64,000 nt of DNA from Rhodosorus marinus CCMP1338 (Eukaryota; Plantae; Rhodophyta), in contig JAMWBK010000011.1 in assembly GCA_029953675.1 (NCBI GenBank), positions 372,001 through 436,000 of the forward strand. Reading direction: 5' to 3'. The notes beneath the pieces are model-generated. The model was not told the origin of the DNA and made no database searches. It was given only the letters and a program-made list of their open reading frames with translations. Positions within the stretch are counted from its first letter, which is position 1. Each line of letters begins with the position of its first letter. Both the position numbers and the translations under genes were made by a program. Positions 11,071 to 21,388 of the stretch are shown one piece after another.

Positions 11071-12362
11071 AAGTGAAGATATGTGGAATGCAACGCATAA
11101 CCCCAACTTACTAGTGAGCGTCCTGCTGGGACAAGTAGTGACGTCCCTGCGAGCGTTTTCTCAGTTGTCAGTTTCGGGAATTCGGACCCTCAAAAACAGG
11201 CTGTTTTCGTAGACTAGGAGCTAAAATTTTATTCCCCATCAATTCCCCACCTAAAACCTGTGAAAACATATACATTTTCATGTTCCCAAATAAAAACCTG
11301 TGGTAACCATAAAAACTTATTCCTCACTGCACCAAATGTTCTCCAAACGCGCTGGAATCGCCTATCCCGAAGTATATTCCCAACTAATTCGCCACCAAAC
11401 CCTCCCAAAAAGACGCTGTTTTAGGCATTTCACCACTTAAGGGTGGGGAATATCGAAAAACTCGCCACATTTGACCCGACCCAATTCTTAGTGTCTATTC
11501 TGAACGTAAACGACGGTGTTCTGTTCTTGTCCGGAATCACTAGTCAGATACGATGGTGTTGGAACTGGACAATGTTACACACCTAAAGAGTCCCATGAAA
11601 CTGCCACCCTCTACCTTTTACTCGAGAAACCACTCTGGTCACAGAGCGGCTAGTCATAAGTAAAAGGTAACGCTACATGTGCCCCCACCGCTCTCTACAG
11701 CTCTGTAGGAAAAATTCAGTTCCAATACAAAGAGCACCTCTTCTTGGAGCCAGGCCCGATTCACTGTGCCCAACTGAAAGGCGAAGTTTCGAGCCGAACC
11801 AAGTGAATCACTATCGAACAAATAAAGAAAAAAAGAATGTTTTCAGTTTGCATCCCCATTGGCCAAAATATATATTTTTTCGTTATTAGTTTCCACTAAA
11901 TGGAAGTCAACCAGACAAGGTGGTTAGGCATGGGTGCACTTGAGAGTTGTATCTTCCCTTCTAGGGGTAAGTTCGCTATCACCCCGTGGTGTTTTTGGGG
12001 CGTGGTAAACAAGTCACGGCGTTCGCGTCGTTGAGGACATCCAGAAACCTGGCCTACTACACAAGCCCTCGTACTTGTATCCCCTCCCTGAAGCCACGGC
12101 CCTTTTTTGTCACGCTTTCGAAACAGGGCTTGAGCGATTGTCTTGATAGGAAAAGAGGGGGGCGGTGAACCTTGCAATGGATTGTGACTTCAATGAACGG
12201 GAGATAGCTTCTGACACTGACGAGAACTAGAAATGGGTATATATATGGGACTGGGGGCGAGAATCTTTAGGGGTGGTGTTGGCTGGGGAGCGAGGTTGAC
12301 GATGAGGTTGGCTGGAACGTGCTCCTCGACTTGCTCCTAGAACGTTTTTGTTTCCTGTCGAG

Positions 12363-14114
12363 ATGGGACGGGGTCTGGGTCTAGGGGTGGCCTTGGTTCT
12401 GGTGGGTTTAGTGTGCTGTGCAAAGTTACCACTGTTCAGGGACGTGTCGCAAAAGAACGGTATTCAGGGCCTCGAGGAAAATCACAGACGCGTGCCTCAT
12501 GCGAGCAAGTACGACGGGGCTACGATTGCAGATCTGGATGGTGATGGTTTTTATGATATGGTGCTTTCCAACCATGGGAATAACGCGGAGTGGTACTGGT
12601 CAACGGGTCAAGGCTCTTTCGAATCGGCGGATCCACATATGCGACATTTTGATGTGCACGGGACGGCGGCTGCGGATATTAATAACGATGGCAAAATGGA
12701 GGCCATCTTGACGATTGGAGGATCCCGGGGCTCAAAACCTTCAGTTCCGATGTGGTTCACTTTCGACGCCAGCGGAAAGATCGAGAGGACCCGTGGTGAG
12801 GAGTATGGACTTGGACAGGAGAGTATGCGCGGAAGAGTGGCGAGTTTTGTGGACATCGACAACGACGGAGACCTTGACTTGATATATACCAACAAGCCAA
12901 TACCTGGAGAGTTGAGAGTGCACCTGGTGTACGAAAACACTGGTGACGGCCAATTCGTGCTCAGAGAAGATACTGGTATTGAGACCCTAGAGGTGTACAA
13001 GATTGTAATGATGGATATCGACGAAGACGGCAATACAGACATACTTTTCTTCCACAGTTACAGAGAATCAGAGCTCTATATGGGGACAGGCGGCTTTAAG
13101 TTTATTAGAAATGAGAATTTGCTGCCATTGGAACTACTGCACTATGCCCATTGCATAGCGGTTATGGACTATGATAACGACGGTGATCTTGATCTGTTCG
13201 TTGTACGCGGAAGAAACGCGCCGGCTCGAGCTGAACTTGAAAACCCCTTCCTTGAGAATACCCTCATAGAGAACAGAGGAAACGGGGTTTTCGTTAATGT
13301 TGCCGAGGAGAAGGGTTTGAACGTGCTGACAGGGTACCGGCCCTACCACGTAACTTACGGCGACTTCAACAATGACGGCTACCTAGATCTGTACGTCACC
13401 ATCAGCACAGAGTTTCGCTCAGCTCGGAAGAATGACCTGCTCCTACTCAACGAAAAGGGAGTCTCCTTCAAGAAGGGTTTGTACCACGGAATCCGAGCGG
13501 AGGGGCTTCCAGAGGACGGAAACAGTGCTATTGCATTTGACTTTAACATGGATGGAAAGGTTGAACTTTTGACTGGGAATAGAAACTCTACGTGGAGATT
13601 GTACGAAAACATGACTGATCTTAGCGATAGAAGCTACCTCACCGTAAGGGTTGGGAGACCTTCCGCGACGGAGTTGGACTCTGGACTTGATCGAAACCCC
13701 CTGGGAGCCGTAGTCAAAGTCTACAATTGGAGAGGAGAAGTGTTCACGAGACAGGTGGCGACCCCGGGTAGGTCTCACGCGCAAGCGTATATGGACACGC
13801 TTCACTTCGGCCTCATGCATACTGCAAAAATCGACAGAATTGTTGTAGAATATACGGGAGGAATCACCCTCGTTCGTCAAGGAAATAGTCGGATAAACAG
13901 TGAGGTGATCATCGGACGATTCTTCCATTGCCCGCCAGGACTAACTGGCAGGGACTGTGACCGCAAGCCTGTTTGCGACGTGACAAGCCGGTGCAATGGG
14001 CGTGGTTGCGAACGTGTTTTCTACTCCAAATGTGAAGCGTGCGGATCTTACTTTTGTCTGGCACCTGGAGAAGAGCCCCTTGCGGAGCCGCACAGAAGGC
14101 CTGGAGCGCTCTGA
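12363..14114 (+). CDS. Secreted FG-GAP + ASPIC/UnbV protein, paralogue 3 (intronless; ATG at 12363 preferred over the upstream TTG)
   Basis: MGRGLGLGVALVLVGLVCCA signal peptide; same motif set as paralogues 2, 4 and 5. Confidence 0.9.
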   Translation: MGRGLGLGVALVLVGLVCCAKLPLFRDVSQKNGIQGLEENHRRVPHASKYDGATIADLDGDGFYDMVLSNHGNNAEWYWSTGQGSFESADPHMRHFDVHGTAAADINNDGKMEAILTIGGSRGSKPSVPMWFTFDASGKIERTRGEEYGLGQESMRGRVASFVDIDNDGDLDLIYTNKPIPGELRVHLVYENTGDGQFVLREDTGIETLEVYKIVMMDIDEDGNTDILFFHSYRESELYMGTGGFKFIRNENLLPLELLHYAHCIAVMDYDNDGDLDLFVVRGRNAPARAELENPFLENTLIENRGNGVFVNVAEEKGLNVLTGYRPYHVTYGDFNNDGYLDLYVTISTEFRSARKNDLLLLNEKGVSFKKGLYHGIRAEGLPEDGNSAIAFDFNMDGKVELLTGNRNSTWRLYENMTDLSDRSYLTVRVGRPSATELDSGLDRNPLGAVVKVYNWRGEVFTRQVATPGRSHAQAYMDTLHFGLMHTAKIDRIVVEYTGGITLVRQGNSRINSEVIIGRFFHCPPGLTGRDCDRKPVCDVTSRCNGRGCERVFYSKCEACGSYFCLAPGEEPLAEPHRRPGAL

Positions 14115-14194
14115 TTCTGATACTCAAGACAACGGACACCGAAGGAGACTGGAACCTCTCCAACGACAGTTTTTCGTCAAGGGCCATGAGCCAG

Positions 14195-14451
14195 CTCCGG
14201 TCGGGTTGCAACGCTTCCACGCACGAAGGAAGGCTATCACGTCGTGGTTTGCACAAAATGATATATACCAATGAGAGGCGTTTTGGACCGAGGGTTTAAC
14301 GTCGGGTTTTGATGACATGCGGGCGCCTCCGGTCGGGTTGCAACGCTTCCCCGCACGAAGGAAGGCTATCACGCCGTGGTTTGCACAAAATGATATATAC
14401 CAATGAGAGGCGTTTAGGACCGAGGGTTTAACGTCGGGTTTTGATGACATG
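14195..14451. repeat. Near-identical 132-bp tandem duplication just downstream of paralogue 3
   Basis: CTCCGGTCGGGTTGCAACGCTTCC...GGGTTTTGATGACATG at 14195 and 14327, with only a few substitutions. Confidence 0.9.
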
Positions 14452-14759
14452 ATTGATAACTCGGATTGTCGATAGCAGGTTCAAACAAAAGCCATTGTAC
14501 AGCTCCACAGGTCGCAGAAACCACATCTGCATCCCATTTATTCTAGTCTTCGTCTTTACTTTCTTTAATTGCTTTGTTCGAAAGCGCTTCAAGTCCAATT
14601 TCGTATACCCCTTCCCACCCCCTCCGCAAACTTCGGTTAACAGAAGAAACTCAGTGTCTTACGAACTTGATCGCGCTGCACAGTCCCTCGTTCTGAACAA
14701 ATACTGCGGTGCTTTTCGTGGTTCCCGAGGTAGCAGACTGACCCTTCTACCAGAGGTTC

Positions 14760-14915
14760 CACTATTTCATCATGGAAGCCTTTGTTCATCTCGAAAAGTC
14801 CAGCTTGGAGTGGCTACGGAAATGTTTTACGGACTATTCTGCTTGGTCCCTCGTACTCCTACGCCGATTAAGCGTCGCTCTTTGGCGATATTCTAGCAGC
14901 ATGATCGCCGAGGCG
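14760..14915 (+). mobile_element. Degenerate 3' remnant of a CRE-like retroelement
   Basis: FIMEAFVHLEKSSLEWLR...LRRLSVALWRYSSSMIAEA aligns by eye with FIFETFGRMGQASLEFLR...GQLNRILWQHNAALVEHA at the end of the 5631-7037 ORF. Confidence 0.5.
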
Positions 14916-15332
14916 CACCACCGCCACATGTGCTTGCATAAATTTTGGCACAAGTGTCTAGCGCCCTTTCCGCCCTGCGTAGCGCTTAAGACTATGTTAG
15001 TAAACCACTGTTTGCGTAGCGCTGTAGGCTATGCTAATAAAGCCAGTAAACCACCCCCAATTCCATCGAAGGCGTACACGGCATCCGTTGGTGCACTTAT
15101 TAGTCATTCATCAAAGTCGCCAAAAAATTCACCAAAAAGACTCGATTTGTTCAAAAAAGGGGGAAAACAACAAACTAGAACGATAGTTTGGATTATTTAT
15201 TGTATTAATGGATGCATTTTATGGCACATACGCTGAACGGAGGATCCTCCTGAATTTGTCATGACGAGGATATGTACTTTTTAACCAAAAACTTACTGTG
15301 GAGAAGATCTCTTCAACCACAGCTATTTACTT

Positions 15333-15497
15333 GTTCAGGCCCCCTTGGTGATCTGCAATGACCTGCTAGACAAACGTGAACTACATTCACAGAATAGGTC
15401 GCTCGGGTCGATTTGGAAGCAAGGGAGTTGCGATTAACTTTGTAACAACAGATGATGCCGCCCCCCCGAAGTTGCGTGATATTGAGCAGTTTTATTC
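15333..15497 (+). pseudogene. C-terminal fragment of a DEAD-box helicase of the eIF4A type, frameshifted
   Basis: VQ.PLVI.NDL..KRE/(frameshift)[26 protein letters not shown]...LRDIEQFY; motif [12 protein letters not shown]; no upstream helicase core visible. Confidence 0.8.
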
Positions 15498-15503
15498 GAG
15501 ATG

Positions 15504-15689
15504 CCGATGCTTGGGTCTGAAGCTTGCGGGTTGGTTGGGCATTGGATCCGCCGCGGAAAAAGGCTGCTCAGGGTGCTTACCGTGTTCGATGAGAAGCCGA
15601 TGCTTGGGTCTGAAGCTTGCGGGCTGGGTTGCGCATTGGATCCGCCGCGGAAAAGGCTGCTCAGGGTGCTCACCGTGTTCGAGAAGAAG
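15504..15689. repeat. 93-bp tandem duplication abutting the eIF4A fragment
   Basis: CCGATGCTTGGGTCTGAAGCTTGCGGG...GGATCCGCCGCGGAAAA...GGCTGCTCAGGGTGCT at 15504 and 15597. Confidence 0.9.
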
Positions 15690-16459
15690 TAGGATCCTGA
15701 CATCAGCACAGTTGGACATGCGCCGCGATTCAAATCGAAATATTGGCATGTAGAGGGAAAAAGTCGAATCCAAAATATTCTGAGGAGCGAAGTGCTTCGT
15801 GGAGCACAGATAGTACTGACAGTACTCAAATCAAGACTCGAACCACGCAATGGAACAAGGTCGTTACTTGGTAAGATTTTGGAGGTGTTTCGATATCCAG
15901 ATAACGCGAGAACAAACGTGTATACATAAAATGCAAACTTTGATTTACCTGAGCGAAGCCGAAAGCCCGCACATCAGGGATGAATGAAGGCATACCAGGA
16001 CCCGGATCTGACACCTCTCGACTGCTGCTTGACATAATTGAAGGTGAGGTTTTTCCATAAGCGCATCAAACCCCCGCTAAGCACGGAAACAAAATAAAAA
16101 CGAATATTCTGAGCCCACGCTTGTAACTCCACACCCTACTGGACTGATTCTCAATATGAACCTTCTGACCCACACTCTCCGAACCCGAACATGTCATATC
16201 TAGCCCTCTCCAACTGTCAGCTTTTGAAACATATTTCTAATATAAAATATACTACTCTTCCAAATCTACCTTTCCGAGCAACAATCCTTGAATTCATTCC
16301 GTTTGGACCGATATCAATCCGCGTTTGCAAATTATTTCTAAATCACATATAGTACTCCAACCTAAAAAAACTCGCTTTCCGAGCAAAAATCCTTGAATTC
16401 ATTCCGTTTAGAAGGATAGAAATCCGCACGCTTTTTCATGTTAATTTTCAAAACCTTTT

Positions 16460-17345
16460 GAGGGGGCAGGCTCACTCCTTTGAAAATATTAATAAAATTC
16501 GAAAATCTGTCTCGCATGTTTTCGATTGCTGTTAATTACAAAAGTTTGTTTAATTAAAGATATAGAAATCGTCATTAAAAGTAGTGAAAGTTACGCCAAT
16601 CCGGTACGGTTGAAAAGTTCTTGAGGGCAAGGGGGGGAATTTATGCCCCAAACTATTTTTGAATAATTATATTGTTCACTCAGAAAAAACTGAGCCCCCG
16701 GTTAAAAAGTCCCTTGAATTGGCAGCCAAAATCGTTGATCCCTGACAGGATGGAAGAAGAGAATCAATCCCTTGAAAGTATTAACAGCAATCGAAATTTT
16801 GTCTCCCACGTTTTCCCTTAGGGTTAGCAACAAAAAATGTTTAATTAAAGAACTAGAAATCGGTATTGCAAATTAGAGAAAATTACGGCTATCGATTTAG
16901 GAAGAAAGGCTAAGGGGGGTGTGCTCAATTTCAGATGAGGTTCAGCTCAAAATATTTTAGAATAATCATCTTATTCATTCACAAAAAAAAGCCACCCGTT
17001 GAAAACCCCGTAAATTGGAAAGCCAAAACCGTTGGTCCCTGACAGGTGTTTTTGGAAAGAAAAAAAATCCCTTGAAAGTATTAACAAGAATCGAAAATCT
17101 AGCTCACTATTTTCGATGATTGCGAAGACCTGTTTAATTAAAGAACTAGAAATCGTGATTAAAATTAGCAAAAATTACCCCTTTCCGTTAGCATGGAAAG
17201 CACGGGAAAGGGGGGTGTCTAATTAGCATACAATAAAGTTCGGACCAAATTATTTCAGAATAATTACCTTGTTCATTCACAGAAAAACTGAGCCACCGGT
17301 TGAAAACCCACTATATTGGCATCCCAAACCGTTGATCCCCTCAGG
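16460..17345. repeat. Degenerate AT-rich satellite, three units of about 295 bp
   Basis: Anchors AATCGAAA..T, TGTTTAATTAAAGA..TAGAAATCG, GAATAAT....TT.TTCA(T)TCA and CCGTTG.TCCCT recur at about 295-bp spacing. Confidence 0.75.
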
Positions 17346-17908
17346 TTTTTCAGGAGATGGAAGAATTGTTTTGTGGAACTTATTTACAATTATTTGAAGG
17401 ATGAAGTTGCTGACGAGTCAAGTGCTATATCGATATTAATTTGTGGAAACAAATAAATAAATAATAGTAATATGGCTGTTTTGGTTGATTTATGAAATAA
17501 AATAGACGACAATCAACTAACGTTCTGAGTAAATTTAGAGTGCCGGAGATTTTATTACTTTGATATTGCATCAATATCTTTAAATATTAGTAATTTTATT
17601 GTGATTTCCATTCCAGTCAGACATCGTTTCGGGTTTACAGTGGAAAAAGATAGATTTTTCTTATTCTTCTAGTTCCTTATTGAGAATGGAAACTCTTGCG
17701 GGGAATGGATCCCGTGCGACAACCTTGATGACCCAGCAGTAGAGGCGGAAGACTATTAAAGCAGATCGAGGAGATACTGAACGCTGAGATTTTTAGAAGA
17801 GGGATTACAGATCATCTCAAGGAGGCTTGGAGAGTGTTGAGGAGGGGAGTGATTGTCGAACAAGTTCAAACGAGTTGCAGTTCGTTGGAAAGAGAAACTA
17901 GAAAAGAA

Positions 17909-19333
17909 ATGGGTTTACTGCGGGTTGTCGGGCCCAACAAGGCCATGGTCATTTCCGGCAGAACGGGAAGAAGAGGCCAAAAGGATGCAAGGATTCTCGT
18001 GGGAGGAAGAGCTGTCGTCTGGCCTCTTCTGGAGAGATGTGACCTGCTGTCCCTGGAATTGCGAACGATTCAAGTAGAGTCCAACCAGTCCATGACGGTC
18101 AAGGGAGTGTCCGTGAACATCATTGGCGTTTGTCAAGTGAAAGTATCAGGATACTCAGAGGTAGATGGCTCTCTCGTAAGAGACGAGAACGCTATTAGAC
18201 TTGCCGCTCAGCATTTTCTCGGGGCGACAGACGATGAAATTGACAATTCTATTCGCCAGACTATGGAAGGACATCAGAGGGCCATTCTCGGGAGTCTTTC
18301 CGTAGAGGAAGTCTATCGCGATCGTCGTGCATTTTCAGAGTCTGTCAAGCGGGTTGCCACCACGGACATGCGGAATATGGGTCTAGAGATTGTCTCATAC
18401 ACTATATCGCATATACGCGACAGTGAAGGCTACCTTGAGGCTCTAGGCGTCATGCAAACCCAGGTTGTCAAGCGCGAAGCTCAAGTGGCCAAAGCAAAGA
18501 ATACAGCTGAGGCGGCTAAGCTGTCAGCTGATTATGACCTGCAGGCCACTGTAGAGATTGACAAGGCGGAGAAGAGGAAGGCGGAATCCAGGCGCAGTGT
18601 AAGCTTGACTCAAGCAGCCATGAAAAAGGAAGTTGGCACAGCTGAAGAAGTGGCACTGAGGGCGAGGGAACTAGAGAAGGAAGTTCTCCTGCAAGAGATC
18701 GTCGCGAATAAAACCAAGCAAGCTACAAAGGAGGCCGAGGAGCATGTCAAGGTCGTAGAGCTGGAGGCAAAGCAAGAAAGGATTCGAATGGAGAACCTTG
18801 CGCTGGCTGAAGGAAACGCTCTCCTTCTGAAGAGAGAGAAAGACGCTGCCGCTCTCCGTGTCTACGCGGAGGCAGAAGCAGATCGCATCCTCGCGACCGG
18901 CCGTGCTGAGGCAGAAGCTCTTAGAAAAAGGTATGAAGTTGAGTTGGAGATGCTGAGGGGCAAAGCAGAGGCCTACCGACAGTTTGGAGAGGCGGCAATT
19001 GCAGTCCAGGCGATCGAGGCTCTACCAAATATCGCCGAAGCGATCGCAAATCCGTTGTCACAGACCGAAAAGATGGTCTTCATTGGTGGAGGAGACGGAA
19101 ATGCATCGTCGAGCTTTATGAAGGACATTTCCAAGGGCATTTCAACTGTTACGGAGACTGTAAATGCGATGACAGGAGTCAACATCAACAAGATCCTTCA
19201 GAACTACGCCAACACAATGGATCAAAGCAACACTGGTGGAGTCCAGAAGGCGATTATGGACGTCGCCCAAAAGAACCCCGAGTCCGCGGTCACGGACTTA
19301 TCGGGCTCCGCGGATATTGAACCACTCGACTAG
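17909..19333 (+). CDS. FLOT: Flotillin (SPFH/band 7 domain + flotillin coiled coil), 474 aa, intronless
   Basis: GPNKAMVISG, LSLELRTIQV, MEGHQRAILGSLSVEEVYRDRRAFSESV, DMRNMGLEIVSYTI, YLEALG, AEAE/EA-rich coil, EAIANPLSQTEKMVFIG; ATG at 17909. Confidence 0.9.
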   Translation: MGLLRVVGPNKAMVISGRTGRRGQKDARILVGGRAVVWPLLERCDLLSLELRTIQVESNQSMTVKGVSVNIIGVCQVKVSGYSEVDGSLVRDENAIRLAAQHFLGATDDEIDNSIRQTMEGHQRAILGSLSVEEVYRDRRAFSESVKRVATTDMRNMGLEIVSYTISHIRDSEGYLEALGVMQTQVVKREAQVAKAKNTAEAAKLSADYDLQATVEIDKAEKRKAESRRSVSLTQAAMKKEVGTAEEVALRARELEKEVLLQEIVANKTKQATKEAEEHVKVVELEAKQERIRMENLALAEGNALLLKREKDAAALRVYAEAEADRILATGRAEAEALRKRYEVELEMLRGKAEAYRQFGEAAIAVQAIEALPNIAEAIANPLSQTEKMVFIGGGDGNASSSFMKDISKGISTVTETVNAMTGVNINKILQNYANTMDQSNTGGVQKAIMDVAQKNPESAVTDLSGSADIEPLD

Positions 19334-21388
19334 AGACTAGAGAAGCGTTGCTCAGGGTTTCTAGATCCAATCCGCATCCTAGGAGTCACTATCAACCGTT
19401 TTCGTATAAAACTTTTTTCCTTCGATTATATAAGTCAAATAAATGTACCCCTTAGTATCCGCCATGAGCCGTTTAGCTGCTTCAACCAATCTGGTTTCTA
19501 GAGCGCCGGAAACATATTCCACAACCCAATTGGGTTTGCTACAATTTCTGTTTTTAGAACTAATTAGTAAGGAAGCCGGCTGAGGGCGAATTTAAAGCCA
19601 TCCAAACCCCTGGGTAATCCTATCTAAGACAAACCAAAAAAACTGTACGCATTTCGTACTTCTCGTCACTACGACACGGAGGGCCTCTCTGATGCTGAGG
19701 TTTCCCAACGGTAGCGCTACGAGGAGTGTAAAAGGACTAGGGAACGGACTCTCGCCCAACGACTTCTGATGCATCTTAGGGACGTCCGAGTGTATGAGGT
19801 AGCACACCATTCATCCGAAGGGAAATGAGGGACAGCCTTTTTTTTTTTCCCCTGGTTTCTCATCTCGTCCCTTAGAAATGGTAACTAACGGGAAAAGCAC
19901 CCAAGCAACAGGCAAATTCGCGCGCACCAGGGTAAACAACCTCCATGTCATCAGTATCCCCCCGCCCGAACCCGCCTCAAATAAAATTCACCCGACCTTC
20001 GTTTCACACTGTTCTCGTACTTCACCCTCCCATTCTCAAGGGTGAACCTCAACCACTCCACCACCACGGTATCCCTCCACGGTTTCCCACATTCAACAAA
20101 AAAACAACCAAAAAAACACAAACCTCACGGGGCCATCCTTGGCCCAGAAAGAAAACCAAAACTTTTTCCAACCTCTATAAAGAGTAAACCTCTTTAGTAC
20201 ACCCCCGACAGAACTCACTATGCGTCATGATTCACGTCCGACAAAGAACTCTTTGTATATACACTAGTACAAGTACTATTGAACAAATGGAGAAAATTTC
20301 AGTGCTCTTGAAGGAAAGGGTCGAGAACAAGTGTCCGATATCAGACAGGTGTTTTGAAAGAAACAAATCCAAAAAGATGAAATATTTCTTCTTTAATTGC
20401 ATATTATGCACTCCAATCCATTATCTGACGAGTCCGATAAACCTTTATTTGGACATTTTATGACAAAGCAAAACAAAAAAAATCCATAATTTCTGTTTTT
20501 TCCCCGCCGCCGGACTGAGCGTTTACTATATGAAAAACTGTTAAATAAAAGAACATCGCGCAACACAAGTCCTTTTTTTCATATGTTAATCATTTTCACA
20601 ACCGAAACCCAAAAAAGGAGGCAAAACTAAACCCTCGACAAAAGCGAGTTTATTAAAAAAGGAAGAAAATAGTCCGTTTTCTGGATTTTCCGCTCGCTCG
20701 ATCTTTTTTCTTCGCTGCAATCAAAAACGTTTTTTTCTGTTAATAGTTTCCACTATTTTCAGGAGCATCCATTTTCTGTCCATTGCAAAAAAAAAAGTGA
20801 ATCGGAGACCCAAAAAACTGCGCCCAAAAAAATAAAAACGCCTCTCCGATTCGACAAAAAAAAAAGCCCCCCAAACATTTGCTTTCAAAAAAATAATAAT
20901 ATGATATCCTGCCCACTTTCCAAAAATGTCCCAACTAGATTATTTACAACGTTAAAAAAATAAAAAAATTCTCCAATGGGACAGAAGCTAAATACGTGCA
21001 GACATATCTTTTATTTTATATATGCCTTGTTTTGGTTTCCGATATTGATGGAGTAGCTTTACATATCTTGTATTGGTTGTTTTTTCACCGGAATTAATTA
21101 GTCACTGTGGTGGGTTTGTGTTTGGGAGGCGGGAGGTGAAATGGACGCCTCGGTTACTGGAGGGAGATGGGGATGCGTTGGTTATTTGAGGGTATTTGGG
21201 CGCCTCGGTTTAGCTGGAGGGATTTGGGAAAGTTCTGTACACAATGAGGTGGAGTTAGCGGGGTGTGTGTGTGTGTGTGTGTGGATGGGTTTTTGGGGTG
21301 TGGGAGTTTGGGGATGAGCTATATTTTGAAGGTGGTTCAAGTATTGAGTATGAGGGTCTCCTGTCGTCTGAGACGTGGTTGCTGATCC

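Noticed and set aside
14305-14460. TGATGA C-box-like motifs suggesting C/D snoRNAs
   Set aside because: No appropriately placed CTGA D box or terminal stem.
20227-20463. KCPISDRCFERNKS resembling a C2H2 zinc finger
   Set aside because: Second Cys and both His residues are missing; the region is related to the AT-rich satellite.
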